A DNA stretch of 45,496 nucleotides from a virus (IMGVR_UViG_3300044210_000025:1-45496), one strand, 5' to 3'. Positions 27,057-35,705 are shown, counted from the first letter of the stretch. Numbers and translations are program-made. Notes: generated by a model not told the origin, from the letters alone.

Positions 27057-27068
27057 GGAGTGAAACCT

Positions 27069-28358
27069 ATGCCAACAAACAAACTCAAAGTCCTGTCCCT
27101 CGAAGCCTCCAATGTCTTGCGCCTACGCGCTATCCAAATCACGCCGAACCCAGACAACAACGTCGTCATCCTTGGTGGCGAGAACGAGCAAGGCAAGTCA
27201 AGCGCCCTCGCCTGCATCGAGATGGCTATCGGTGGAAAGAAGCGCATCCCTGCGTCGCCTGTCCATCTCGGTGAGAAGGAAGGCCGTATCAAGCTGATGC
27301 TCGGCCAGCGCGAGGTGGAGCTCATCGTCGAGCGCACAGGCGAGAAGCTCGATAAGCTCGTGGTCCGCTCGGCGGACGGTGCCCCCAAGGCAAGCCCGCA
27401 AGCCATCTTGGACGCCCTGAAGTCCGACCTATCCTTCGACCCACTGGCGTTCGAGCGCATGGAGCCAGCCAAGCAAGTCGAAATGGTCAAGAAGCTCTTG
27501 GGACTGGACTTCACCGCCCTGGACAGCGAGCGCGCCAAGCTCTACGAGAAGCGCACCGAGGTCGGGCGTGGGCTCAAGGTGAGCCAGCAGCGCGTTGCGG
27601 ACTTCCCCATCTCCTGCGTGACAGCTCCGGATACCGAGGTGGACATCGGCGCCTTGCTGGAAACGAAGAAAGCCGCAGACGAAGAAATCGCAAAGGCACA
27701 CAGACTGTCAACCATGGTGGACGCCTGCGCCTGTGAGGTGTCATCCGCTGAAACCGCTCTCGCAGAAGCCGAAGCCGCGTACGAACGGGCTCAGCAGCGC
27801 CTCGCCGACGCGCAGAAAAGGATGCTAGATGCTCGCAACGAGGTCTCGTGCTCTCCGCCTCCAGTCGTTAACCTGACTCAACTGCATTCCAAACTCTCTG
27901 GCGCAGAAGCGATGAACCGTCTCGTGCGAGCCAAGCGCGACCGCGCCGCCGAGTCTGCCAAGTGCGCCGCTCTCGAGAAAGAGCAAGCTGCCCTCACCGA
28001 GAGAATCGCAGCCATCGACGCCGATAAGCAGGAACGCTTGACGAAGGCTACGTGGCCGGTACCTGGCCTAGGGTTCGGCGATGGCTGCCTGACCTACGAT
28101 GACCTCCCGCTGTCCCAGGCATCCGCCGCGCGCCGCCGGCAAATCGCTTTCGAGATGGCGTGCGCCCTCAACCCTGGCTTGGCAGTCGTGCTTCTGCCCG
28201 ACGCCTCCCTGCTGGGGAAGGAGGCCATGAAGCACATCGCCGAGCTGGCAGCAGCGAAGGACATGCAGGTATGGGTTGAGCGGGTCGGCGCCGGTGACCC
28301 AGGGGCCATCATCTTCGAAGACGGAGGCATCAGGGCGAACTGCGACAGCAACGCCTAG
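27069..28358 (+). CDS. SMC/SbcC-like coiled-coil ATPase
   Basis: Walker A GENEQGKSS, long coiled-coil, C-terminal LSQAS signature-like and VVLLPD Walker-B-like motifs. Confidence 0.85.
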   Translation: MPTNKLKVLSLEASNVLRLRAIQITPNPDNNVVILGGENEQGKSSALACIEMAIGGKKRIPASPVHLGEKEGRIKLMLGQREVELIVERTGEKLDKLVVRSADGAPKASPQAILDALKSDLSFDPLAFERMEPAKQVEMVKKLLGLDFTALDSERAKLYEKRTEVGRGLKVSQQRVADFPISCVTAPDTEVDIGALLETKKAADEEIAKAHRLSTMVDACACEVSSAETALAEAEAAYERAQQRLADAQKRMLDARNEVSCSPPPVVNLTQLHSKLSGAEAMNRLVRAKRDRAAESAKCAALEKEQAALTERIAAIDADKQERLTKATWPVPGLGFGDGCLTYDDLPLSQASAARRRQIAFEMACALNPGLAVVLLPDASLLGKEAMKHIAELAAAKDMQVWVERVGAGDPGAIIFEDGGIRANCDSNA

Positions 28359-28367
28359 GAGCACGCC

Positions 28368-28727
28368 ATGAAGCCAAGCGAGTTGAACAACCACGATTTC
28401 GGACAAGAAATCGGGCGCATCTACAATGATTGCCGCTCGTTTGAGTCGGCCGGACTTGCCATTCGCGCTTACCTGGCGCTCGAGGCATCGCAGCCGTCCG
28501 AGCTGGAATCCCTGCGAGCAGAGGTGTCACGGACGGCGTCTGTGATCCAAGCGCTAGCTCTGGCGATGCCAGGAGAGCAAACCAACATATGTTCGTTGGC
28601 CGCTTCTGCGGCCGACTGGGACGACTTGGTAGAAGAGGCTGGGAACCTTATTAGAATTCGCAAGCGCCAAGTAGTAATTGACCCAATTTTCAACAACCCA
28701 CAACCGACCCAGGAGACCACAAAATGA
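28368..28727 (+). CDS. Hypothetical protein
   Basis: 119 aa; SD AGGAG. Confidence 0.65.
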   Translation: MKPSELNNHDFGQEIGRIYNDCRSFESAGLAIRAYLALEASQPSELESLRAEVSRTASVIQALALAMPGEQTNICSLAASAADWDDLVEEAGNLIRIRKRQVVIDPIFNNPQPTQETTK

Positions 28728-29698
28728 AACGTATCGGAGTGAAACGCGTTCGCATCAGCAGCATCAAGGCCGGCGGAGACGTCGCCCTGCTTCGCAAGGA
28801 CCCTCTGGTCCAAGACATACAGGAAAGCCTCGAGACCACTGGAGGCCAGCCTGCCGAGCCCATCGTTGTCGACAAGGACAACAACATCGTTGCAGGCCGC
28901 AAGCGGCTGGCCGCTTGCCTGAACGCCAAGGTGCAGTTCGTTGACGTGGTGGCTTTCGACGGCACGCCTGACGAGCTGGAGCAAATCTGCATCGTGGAGA
29001 ACGTCAGGCGGCGCCACATGGTAGGCGCGGAGCTGGACGAGGAGATCGCAAAGCTCGTCACTCTTACAATGGCATCCGTACCGCACGAAGAGCCGGAGGA
29101 CGCGGAAGACGCGGAAGACGAGCCAGAGGAGCCAAAGCGAGGGCGCCCCAAGAGCGCGGCCGGGAAAGCACGCGAAATCGTGGCCAAGAAGATTTGCTCC
29201 ACTCCGGAAGCCGTGCGCTCGGCAGAGAAGCGGGCAAAACAGGCTGCGGCCACGAAGGAAGCGCCCAAGGCTCCGTCGGTGCCAACGTCCCCGAAAGCCA
29301 AGATCGAGACCCTGGGCATGGACGTGCCGGAGAGCTTCATCGAGACAACGAACAACGAGCACGAGCAGCTCACCGAGCTGTACGGTGACCTCGTCGAGAT
29401 CCAGAAGCAAATCACGCGCATCTCGAAAACGAGTGGACGAACCTACACCGCTCTGTCCGATGCCGTTCACAACGCAGAGGCCGTCTGCAAGCGCGAGGTC
29501 CCGAGCCACGTGTGCGTCTGGTGCAAGCGCCACCACGAGGTGATGAAGACGTGCCTCGGATGCCAGGGCAAGGGCTACCTTACCGTGGGCGAGATGGCGG
29601 CCATCCACGACAAGAAGCTCCAAGAACAGCTGCTGCGCAAAGGCCCGGACGCGGGTGTGTACGTTGGCGGGCAATTCGTGCCCATGAAAGAGCTGTGA
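28724..29698 (+). CDS. ParB/Srx N-terminal-domain protein with C-terminal Zn finger
   Basis: EPIVVDKDNNIVAGRKRLAAC, ENVRRRH; CVWC...CLGC. Confidence 0.8.
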   Translation: MKRIGVKRVRISSIKAGGDVALLRKDPLVQDIQESLETTGGQPAEPIVVDKDNNIVAGRKRLAACLNAKVQFVDVVAFDGTPDELEQICIVENVRRRHMVGAELDEEIAKLVTLTMASVPHEEPEDAEDAEDEPEEPKRGRPKSAAGKAREIVAKKICSTPEAVRSAEKRAKQAAATKEAPKAPSVPTSPKAKIETLGMDVPESFIETTNNEHEQLTELYGDLVEIQKQITRISKTSGRTYTALSDAVHNAEAVCKREVPSHVCVWCKRHHEVMKTCLGCQGKGYLTVGEMAAIHDKKLQEQLLRKGPDAGVYVGGQFVPMKEL

Positions 29699-30027
29699 CG
29701 CCAGTGACGCCTTCGCTATACGACATACTGAACACCGTCTCCGCGTACCATGGACTGACTCCACGACAGCTCATCTACCCGTCGCGGCTGAGGTGTTTCG
29801 CGGTGCCACGAATGGTCGCCGCGTACCTGGCAAGGATGCTCACGCACGAATCCTACCCAACCATTGCGGAAGCGCTTGGCGGACAGCACCACTCAACCGT
29901 CATCAACTCGGTGCATCGAGCAAGGGCGTTGATGGCGGAGAACGAGGCCATGCTAGACGCCGTGGTAGGCATGGCGCTCGTGGTCACCATGATAACAAGG
30001 AGAAGGCATGACCTTGCAGTCCTGTGA
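29695..30027 (+). CDS. DnaA C-terminal (domain IV)-like HTH protein
   Basis: PRMVAAYLARMLTHESYPTIAEALGGQHHSTVINSV matches the DnaA domain IV pattern; GTGA overlap start. Confidence 0.85.
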   Translation: MTPVTPSLYDILNTVSAYHGLTPRQLIYPSRLRCFAVPRMVAAYLARMLTHESYPTIAEALGGQHHSTVINSVHRARALMAENEAMLDAVVGMALVVTMITRRRHDLAVL

Positions 30028-30373
30028 TTGCTCGGTTGACATTGACGACTGTGGTGCGAGTTGTTCGTCGACGTTCGTCCGAAAGGCGCGCAAGCCTCAC
30101 ACGTGTTGCGAATGCGGCGAGGTGATTCCCGTCGGAAAGAAGTATCAGGAAGACACCGGAATCTACGATGGGAGAGCATTCCGATACCGAACCTGCATCG
30201 GATGTGCGGCCATTCGCCAGCACTACTGTCCGAGCGGTTGGTATTGGGGTGAACTCCGGAACCAAATCTTAGAATGCCTGGGCTTCGACTACACCGACGC
30301 GCCAAGCGAAATCACGGACGACGAAGGACCGTCACTGTACAACAGAGACCATGCAAATGCAGCTTACCCTTGA
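30008..30373 (+). CDS. Zn-binding phage protein
   Basis: RKARKPHTCCECGEVIPVGKKY...TCIGC. Confidence 0.75.
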   Translation: MTLQSCDCSVDIDDCGASCSSTFVRKARKPHTCCECGEVIPVGKKYQEDTGIYDGRAFRYRTCIGCAAIRQHYCPSGWYWGELRNQILECLGFDYTDAPSEITDDEGPSLYNRDHANAAYP

Positions 30374-32045
30374 CATTTTCCCGGATGCGCCCAGCCTCCA
30401 ACCGGAGCGCGAAATACAACTCTCGCCTGTTCTGCAGGAGCTTCGACCCTATCAGTTGGAAGCAGTCACCAAGGGCAAGGCCGAGCTACTGCAAAACAGG
30501 TCGACGCTTATCGTGATGCCGACGGGCACTGGCAAGACCAGAGTTTTCACAGAGTTCGTCACCGCATGGCCGTTTGTCGAGAATCCAGTATCTCGAAGGT
30601 GTCTAATCATCGCCCACCGAGACGAGCTTCTGCAGCAGGCTCGCAAGCGCATGGAGAACGAGACCGGCGAGGTCGTGGGGCTCGAACAGGCGAGCTACTA
30701 CGCCGGCAATGAGCGCATCGTGGTTGCTTCGATCCAGACCATCAGCAAGCGGAAGCGTCTCGAGCGTTGGAAGCCGGAGGACTTCGGTCTCGTGGTATTC
30801 GATGAGGCGCATCATGCTTGCAGCCCGACTTGGCGCCGCGTCCAGAACTACTTCGCTGGCGCCAAGGTGCTCGGGGTAACCGCCACGCCTGACCGGGCCG
30901 ACGAAAAGGCCATGGGCATGTGTTTCGAGTCGGTGGCCTACGTCTACGAAATCGAAGACGCAATCCGCGACTCGTGGCTGGTTCCGATACGGGTACGCCA
31001 GATATTCGTTGATTCGGTTGACCTGTCGAAGTGCAACACGGTGGCAGGAGACTTCAACCAGGGCGAGCTCGACGCGGCCATGGCGGTTGAAGAGGCTCTT
31101 CACGGCGTAGTGGACGCTACCATTCGTGAGGCGGGAGACAGACGGACCCTGGTCTACACAACCAGCGTCAACAACGTCAACCGCATTGCGGAGATTTTCT
31201 GCCGATACCGCCCAGGTAGCGCTCGCGCGGTTCACGGCGGGACACCAATCGACACCCGCAGGTCAATTCTTGGCGATTTCGGTCGAGGAGGGTTCCAGTA
31301 CCTTGTCAACTGCGGAATCGCCACCGAGGGATACGACAACCCGCCCGTGAGTTGCATCGCCCAGGCACGACCGACCAAGAGCCGGTCTCTGCACGCGCAG
31401 ATTGTCGGAAGGGGCCTGCGCCCATTCGCAGGCAAGGAAGACTGCTTGGTGCTCGAGTTCACGGGCAACAGCGGAAAGCACAGGCTCGCATGCTGCTGTG
31501 ACATCCTGGGTGGCAGGTACGATGAAGCCGAAGTCGACGAAGCCACGGAAATCGTCAAGAAGAAGCCTGGCATGCGCGCCGACGAGGCGCTGGCAGAGGC
31601 ACGCGAGAACGCAGAGCGCCGCAAGGCCGAAGAGGCTGCCAAGCGCCTGAAGCTCAAGGCTCAGGTCCAGTACAAGACACGAGACTTCGACCCGTTCTCG
31701 GTGTTCCACATGGAACGTCGTGCTGACGAGCAAGGTCAGCGCTTCGGCTCCATCCCAAGCGACGCCCAAATCGCGCTGCTGTCTAAGTTCGGCATCGACA
31801 CCCCCAAGGACTGCACCAGGAAACAGGCTTCCGACCTCATCGGGAAGGCAATCCAGCGAAGCAATCAGGGACTGGCGACGTTCAAGATGGTCAGGGCGCT
31901 TGAGCGCGCTGGAATCCCAGCGCTGAACCTTTCCTTCGATGCCGCCGGGGCTCTGCTCGGATACCTACGTGACCACGGATGGCAGAAACCACCTATCGAG
32001 GTGTACAATCGAATCGTGAGCAGGGAAAGGCAGGCCGGAGAATGA
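30351..32045 (+). CDS. Superfamily 2 DEAD/DEAH-box helicase
   Basis: LRPYQ, MPTGTGKT, DEAHH, TATP, TEGYD, QIVGRGLR. Confidence 0.93.
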   Translation: MQMQLTLDIFPDAPSLQPEREIQLSPVLQELRPYQLEAVTKGKAELLQNRSTLIVMPTGTGKTRVFTEFVTAWPFVENPVSRRCLIIAHRDELLQQARKRMENETGEVVGLEQASYYAGNERIVVASIQTISKRKRLERWKPEDFGLVVFDEAHHACSPTWRRVQNYFAGAKVLGVTATPDRADEKAMGMCFESVAYVYEIEDAIRDSWLVPIRVRQIFVDSVDLSKCNTVAGDFNQGELDAAMAVEEALHGVVDATIREAGDRRTLVYTTSVNNVNRIAEIFCRYRPGSARAVHGGTPIDTRRSILGDFGRGGFQYLVNCGIATEGYDNPPVSCIAQARPTKSRSLHAQIVGRGLRPFAGKEDCLVLEFTGNSGKHRLACCCDILGGRYDEAEVDEATEIVKKKPGMRADEALAEARENAERRKAEEAAKRLKLKAQVQYKTRDFDPFSVFHMERRADEQGQRFGSIPSDAQIALLSKFGIDTPKDCTRKQASDLIGKAIQRSNQGLATFKMVRALERAGIPALNLSFDAAGALLGYLRDHGWQKPPIEVYNRIVSRERQAGE

Positions 32046-32218
32046 CCACGTGTAAGAAGCGGGCAACGTGCCGGTTCTCCAGGGCCGGTAGCAGATGCTG
32101 GACCTTCCGTTGCAGCTCATGCCGACGTTGGTTACCCATGTGCAAGATGAGCCAGCACGTGTCGGTTTGCCAGGACTGCCCTGCACCAGAAAACATCAAG
32201 ACGAGGGTGTATTGGTAG
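32042..32218 (+). CDS. Small Cys-rich protein
   Basis: ATGA overlap with the helicase stop; CSSC and CQDC. Confidence 0.5.
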   Translation: MTTCKKRATCRFSRAGSRCWTFRCSSCRRWLPMCKMSQHVSVCQDCPAPENIKTRVYW

Positions 32219-32220
32219 CC

Positions 32221-32391
32221 ATGACCAACGAACGAGCCATGGAGCTGCAAAAGTGGTCCGAGTGGTGCGAGTACCATCGGCATGATGAGTACATGTCTTT
32301 TCGCAACGGATCGACCATCAGGTTCGCTCGCCATTACGTGGAAGGCGGTGAGGATGATGGCGACGACTCCAGCGAAGGCCAAGAGGATTGA
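32221..32391 (+). CDS. Hypothetical protein
   Basis: MTNERAMELQKW...; fills an operon gap. Confidence 0.45.
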   Translation: MTNERAMELQKWSEWCEYHRHDEYMSFRNGSTIRFARHYVEGGEDDGDDSSEGQED

Positions 32392-32707
32392 GTCCGCGAC
32401 CAAAGCCTGGAGCGAGTGCTACGCGCGTCTGGGACCGCTCTACGAACTATATTCTGTTTCAGGGCGAGACTTCGATGTCGCCTTGGCAGCAGCAGAATCG
32501 GAGACCGCTGCCTACGTCAACGGTAGCCACGAAGCCAAGCCGCGCGAAGCTCTCTCGCGCTGGGAGGACCTAATGAACCGTGCAATTGCAACAGAACGTG
32601 GTGACAGATCGTGCTCCGTGTGCGGCCTGGAGCACGTGGTTGTCATCATCAACAGGGATGGGTCTCGGGTGTGTGGGAGGTGCAGGCGCGGTTTCATCGG
32701 TGGGTAG
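32354..32707 (+). CDS. Hypothetical protein with C-terminal Zn ribbon
   Basis: CSVC...CGRC. Confidence 0.65.
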   Translation: MMATTPAKAKRIESATKAWSECYARLGPLYELYSVSGRDFDVALAAAESETAAYVNGSHEAKPREALSRWEDLMNRAIATERGDRSCSVCGLEHVVVIINRDGSRVCGRCRRGFIGG

Positions 32708-33074
32708 CCGATGGGGTGCCAAGAACGGCTTTCCGGGCTACGATTCCTTCCGCACGGGCTTGAAGTTCGCCGACGTCAAACGGTGGGCTCGTTCGGAGTC
32801 CGAGAATCCCAAGGACTGGCGCTACAGCCGGAGAGGGACCGTGCTCGGCATGTGGCACGCGTACAAGCTCCAGCTCTACGAAGAGGCGGTGCGCCGTGGC
32901 TACCCAGAAACAACGCCTTCTGCAACTGACGGCGTGGCTCCGCGGAATCGGCGTGTGCCCTCTGTGCGCCCTTCGCCTGGCAATCCTAGCCGTCGACCGA
33001 GAATCCGGTCTGCAAACCTTCCTGCCCAAGAACTGCCAACAAACAACAAGCTGCGACGCAAAGGCCAGAGATAA
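32700..33074 (+). CDS. Hypothetical protein
   Basis: GTG start; protein-like N-terminal half; C-terminal part overlaps the next ORF. Confidence 0.5.
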   Translation: MGSRWGAKNGFPGYDSFRTGLKFADVKRWARSESENPKDWRYSRRGTVLGMWHAYKLQLYEEAVRRGYPETTPSATDGVAPRNRRVPSVRPSPGNPSRRPRIRSANLPAQELPTNNKLRRKGQR

Positions 33075-33102
33075 GTGGGACGAGCGTCCAGCAAGGGAGT
33101 GA
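32896..33102 (+). CDS. Hypothetical protein
   Basis: 68 aa, CPLC; ends RE-stop within GGAGTGA like other genes of this operon. Confidence 0.5.
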   Translation: MATQKQRLLQLTAWLRGIGVCPLCALRLAILAVDRESGLQTFLPKNCQQTTSCDAKARDKWDERPARE

Positions 33103-33105
33103 CCT

Positions 33106-33882
33106 GTGTCTGACACGAAAACAACAATAGGCGCGCTGTTCCGACGCATGCGAAAGATCGCCAAGCTCAACATGGCCGAAGCTGCTGGTGCTCTGGATCT
33201 GTCGATAACCACACTGTCTGATATCGAGAACGACAAGTATGCCAAGCCGGCGATCCCGCGTGAGCCAACGCCGGCCCAGATCGCCGAGTTGGTGTCAGCG
33301 ATGACGCTCGGTGGGTGGCCTGCCACTGGCGACGAGCAACTGAGGGCGATGAGGGCATGGGAGTGGTTCGCTGACAACTACTCTACCGCGCCAACTCTGC
33401 CGACGGAGGCGGAGCTTGTTGAGGCAATCGAGAAAGGCAGGTCAGATTGGATCGTTGCGAGGGCTTCCGATCTGACGGAGTCTACGTATTGCGCGTGCGC
33501 CGTCCTCGACCTCCTCAAGAGCAAGGACGCGCAGGCGGAGCGGACGACGGTGCCGCCGGTTTGTCATGACTGCGGAAGGCTGGCCACGTGTTTTGGTCGC
33601 TACGAAGCTATGGAGTCCAGCAAGTATTCATGCGACGAGTGTTGCGGCCATGGGAACGAAGACGGGCATTGTGAGCCTGTGCCTGTCAAAGTGACCCGCA
33701 ACCCTCAGCCAGCTCCACGCCCATTCGTGCCGTCTCCGCCGACGGCAGACGCAGCGTCAGCTCTGCTCGCGTGGGACGCCCAGGACGGCGAGTACTATCG
33801 CAGATCCTGCGAGCGCGAGCTTCTTGAGTGTCTGGCATGCGATATCGCCCAGGCCGCGGGGAATGAAGGCTGGCAGCGATGA
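33106..33882 (+). CDS. XRE-family HTH protein with Cys-rich C-terminal region
   Basis: IGALFRRMRKIAKLNMAEAAGALDLSITTLSDIEND; CHDC...CDECC. Confidence 0.75.
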   Translation: MSDTKTTIGALFRRMRKIAKLNMAEAAGALDLSITTLSDIENDKYAKPAIPREPTPAQIAELVSAMTLGGWPATGDEQLRAMRAWEWFADNYSTAPTLPTEAELVEAIEKGRSDWIVARASDLTESTYCACAVLDLLKSKDAQAERTTVPPVCHDCGRLATCFGRYEAMESSKYSCDECCGHGNEDGHCEPVPVKVTRNPQPAPRPFVPSPPTADAASALLAWDAQDGEYYRRSCERELLECLACDIAQAAGNEGWQR

Positions 33883-34205
33883 GCGACCAAGCCCACCTTT
33901 TCCCCAGACGGATTATTGTGTATCAGGCCATTTGCCGAGGGTGCGCGGCCAGGGCTCCGGAGCTGGAATCGCAGATGAATGCCAGGGATGCCGCCATCGC
34001 GGCGGGCTTCGTGGAGCTCGAATTGTACAGCGACAGAAAGCACCGCTCGATGGCATGGGGTTGCAAGACCTGCGTTCCGAAGCTGGAGAGAAAGAGCGCA
34101 TCGGCGAAGCTACTGGAACCGTTCAAGCGCTCGGACACGGGGCACGACTACGATTGCCGGTGCGGCAAGTGCTGCGAATATGACGACGCTTACCCAGGAT
34201 GCTGA
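33879..34205 (+). CDS. Cys-rich hypothetical protein
   Basis: ATGA coupling; CRGC, CKTC, CRCGKCC. Confidence 0.65.
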   Translation: MSDQAHLFPRRIIVYQAICRGCAARAPELESQMNARDAAIAAGFVELELYSDRKHRSMAWGCKTCVPKLERKSASAKLLEPFKRSDTGHDYDCRCGKCCEYDDAYPGC

Positions 34206-34208
34206 AGG

Positions 34209-34373
34209 ATGACTGAGCTGAAGATTCCGAGCGACGCGCATCTGTGCGCGTGGTGCAAGATGCGCCAACCTGTATCATAGGCTCGCGGACCATGCGGTTC
34301 GTGCGAATGGACGTTTCTTGACCGCAGCGAGAGCATCATCCGCGAGTTCCGCGACCTCGGGAAGGGAGGGTGA
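34209..34373 (+). pseudogene. Small Zn-finger ORF interrupted by an in-frame TAG
   Basis: CAWCKMRQPVS*ARGPCGSC; TAG at 34278-34280; frame continues to TGA at 34371-34373. Confidence 0.55.
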
Positions 34374-34377
34374 GGGA

Positions 34378-34674
34378 GTGGCAAACGAAGACCGCGACTA
34401 CCTGCGGTGGATAGCCGCCCACCCATGCGCCATGTGCGGAGCAGCCTCGGGTCCTCCTCACCACCCGCGCCATGATGTCGGGCTTGGCCTCCGAGCCCAC
34501 GACCACCGCGCCGTCCCGCTGTGCCACAGCTGCCACGAAGAGCTTCACCGGCTGAACGGGCACTTCGCCGGGTGGAGCCGCGATAAGCTACGCTCATGGC
34601 TTGACGCTGTGGCGGCGTCGATGCGAGTGTTGCATGACTCATCAACCAATGGAGTGAAACTATGCGAATTTTGA
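34378..34674 (+). CDS. DUF968 / HNH-like zinc-binding nuclease-type protein
   Basis: YLRWIAAHPCAMCG...PHH...AVPLCHSCHEELH; GTG start. Confidence 0.75.
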   Translation: MANEDRDYLRWIAAHPCAMCGAASGPPHHPRHDVGLGLRAHDHRAVPLCHSCHEELHRLNGHFAGWSRDKLRSWLDAVAASMRVLHDSSTNGVKLCEF

Positions 34675-35705
34675 ACGACAAGGACCAGGAAATAACGAAG
34701 TATCAGATATCCGACCTCAAGGGGGCACCTGTGCCAGCGACGATATCCGAGCGGGAACACAAGCGCCGGTTGCTACAGCCCTTGTTCGACAGGCTCAAGA
34801 AACTCGGCATCTCCGGAGAGATGCAGGCCCGCACGTGGTGTGAGGGGGCTCTCGCACATCCGCTCGCCAAGATGGCTGACATCAAGGAAGAAGAGATCCC
34901 ATCGCTCGTCGATGTGGCAAAGAAGGCGCTCGGGGAACCGCTCATGGACTTCGACGAGGTCGTCGCATTAGCTCCGGTGGCACCTGGAATTCCGAAAGCG
35001 CAGCCCAACGCTCCACAAATGCCGGCGGACACGACTTCTTCCCTCGACGCCGTAAAGGAATGCCTGGCCAACAGTCCAGTCGGCGAAGAGAAGCGAATGT
35101 GCGGTACCAACGGGTGCGCGAACAAGCCGGAGGAAAGAGAGTTCTGCGAGGAATGCTCGAGGACACAGGAAATCGACGTCGCCGTTTCCACTATGGTTTC
35201 CAACGCCACCAACCATGCGGATAGCCTGACAGCGGAGGCTATCGTTTCCGATCCAGGACAGGAGCCAGAGAAGCCAGACGCTCGCCCGTCGCTCGAGGTC
35301 GCCATTGGCAGCCACGCCAGCATCACCACCGGCCGCCTGGCCCCGTACATCACCCGCCTTCGCTCATGGAACCTTCGCAAGCTGTCGCCAGAGCGCCGCA
35401 AGCGCTTCCGGTCCATAGTGACAGAGCTCGAGCTGGCCTGGGACAACCTACGCCAGGAACTCCAGACCCTCGCCGCCGAAGGATTCGTGGCCAAGACATC
35501 GCCTTCTACCCGTCTGGCCGCAACCCTTCGCGTGGGCGACGCTGTGGAGCTTGACGAATCGCAGTTGGCGCTCTTCAGCGAGGTCTACAGCCCGGAAGAG
35601 CTGGCCGACTTGAAGGTTGACGCCATCACCGACACACACGCGGTCGTCTCCGGGCCTCTTCGCAGCCTGGGTCCGGTGAAGCTCTGCCACCTGGCCAAGA
35701 AGTAG
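34662..35705 (+). CDS. Hypothetical protein sharing a helical domain with the ERF C-terminus
   Basis: 347 aa; SD GGAGTGA; last gene before the terminator. Confidence 0.75.
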   Translation: MRILNDKDQEITKYQISDLKGAPVPATISEREHKRRLLQPLFDRLKKLGISGEMQARTWCEGALAHPLAKMADIKEEEIPSLVDVAKKALGEPLMDFDEVVALAPVAPGIPKAQPNAPQMPADTTSSLDAVKECLANSPVGEEKRMCGTNGCANKPEEREFCEECSRTQEIDVAVSTMVSNATNHADSLTAEAIVSDPGQEPEKPDARPSLEVAIGSHASITTGRLAPYITRLRSWNLRKLSPERRKRFRSIVTELELAWDNLRQELQTLAAEGFVAKTSPSTRLAATLRVGDAVELDESQLALFSEVYSPEELADLKVDAITDTHAVVSGPLRSLGPVKLCHLAKK

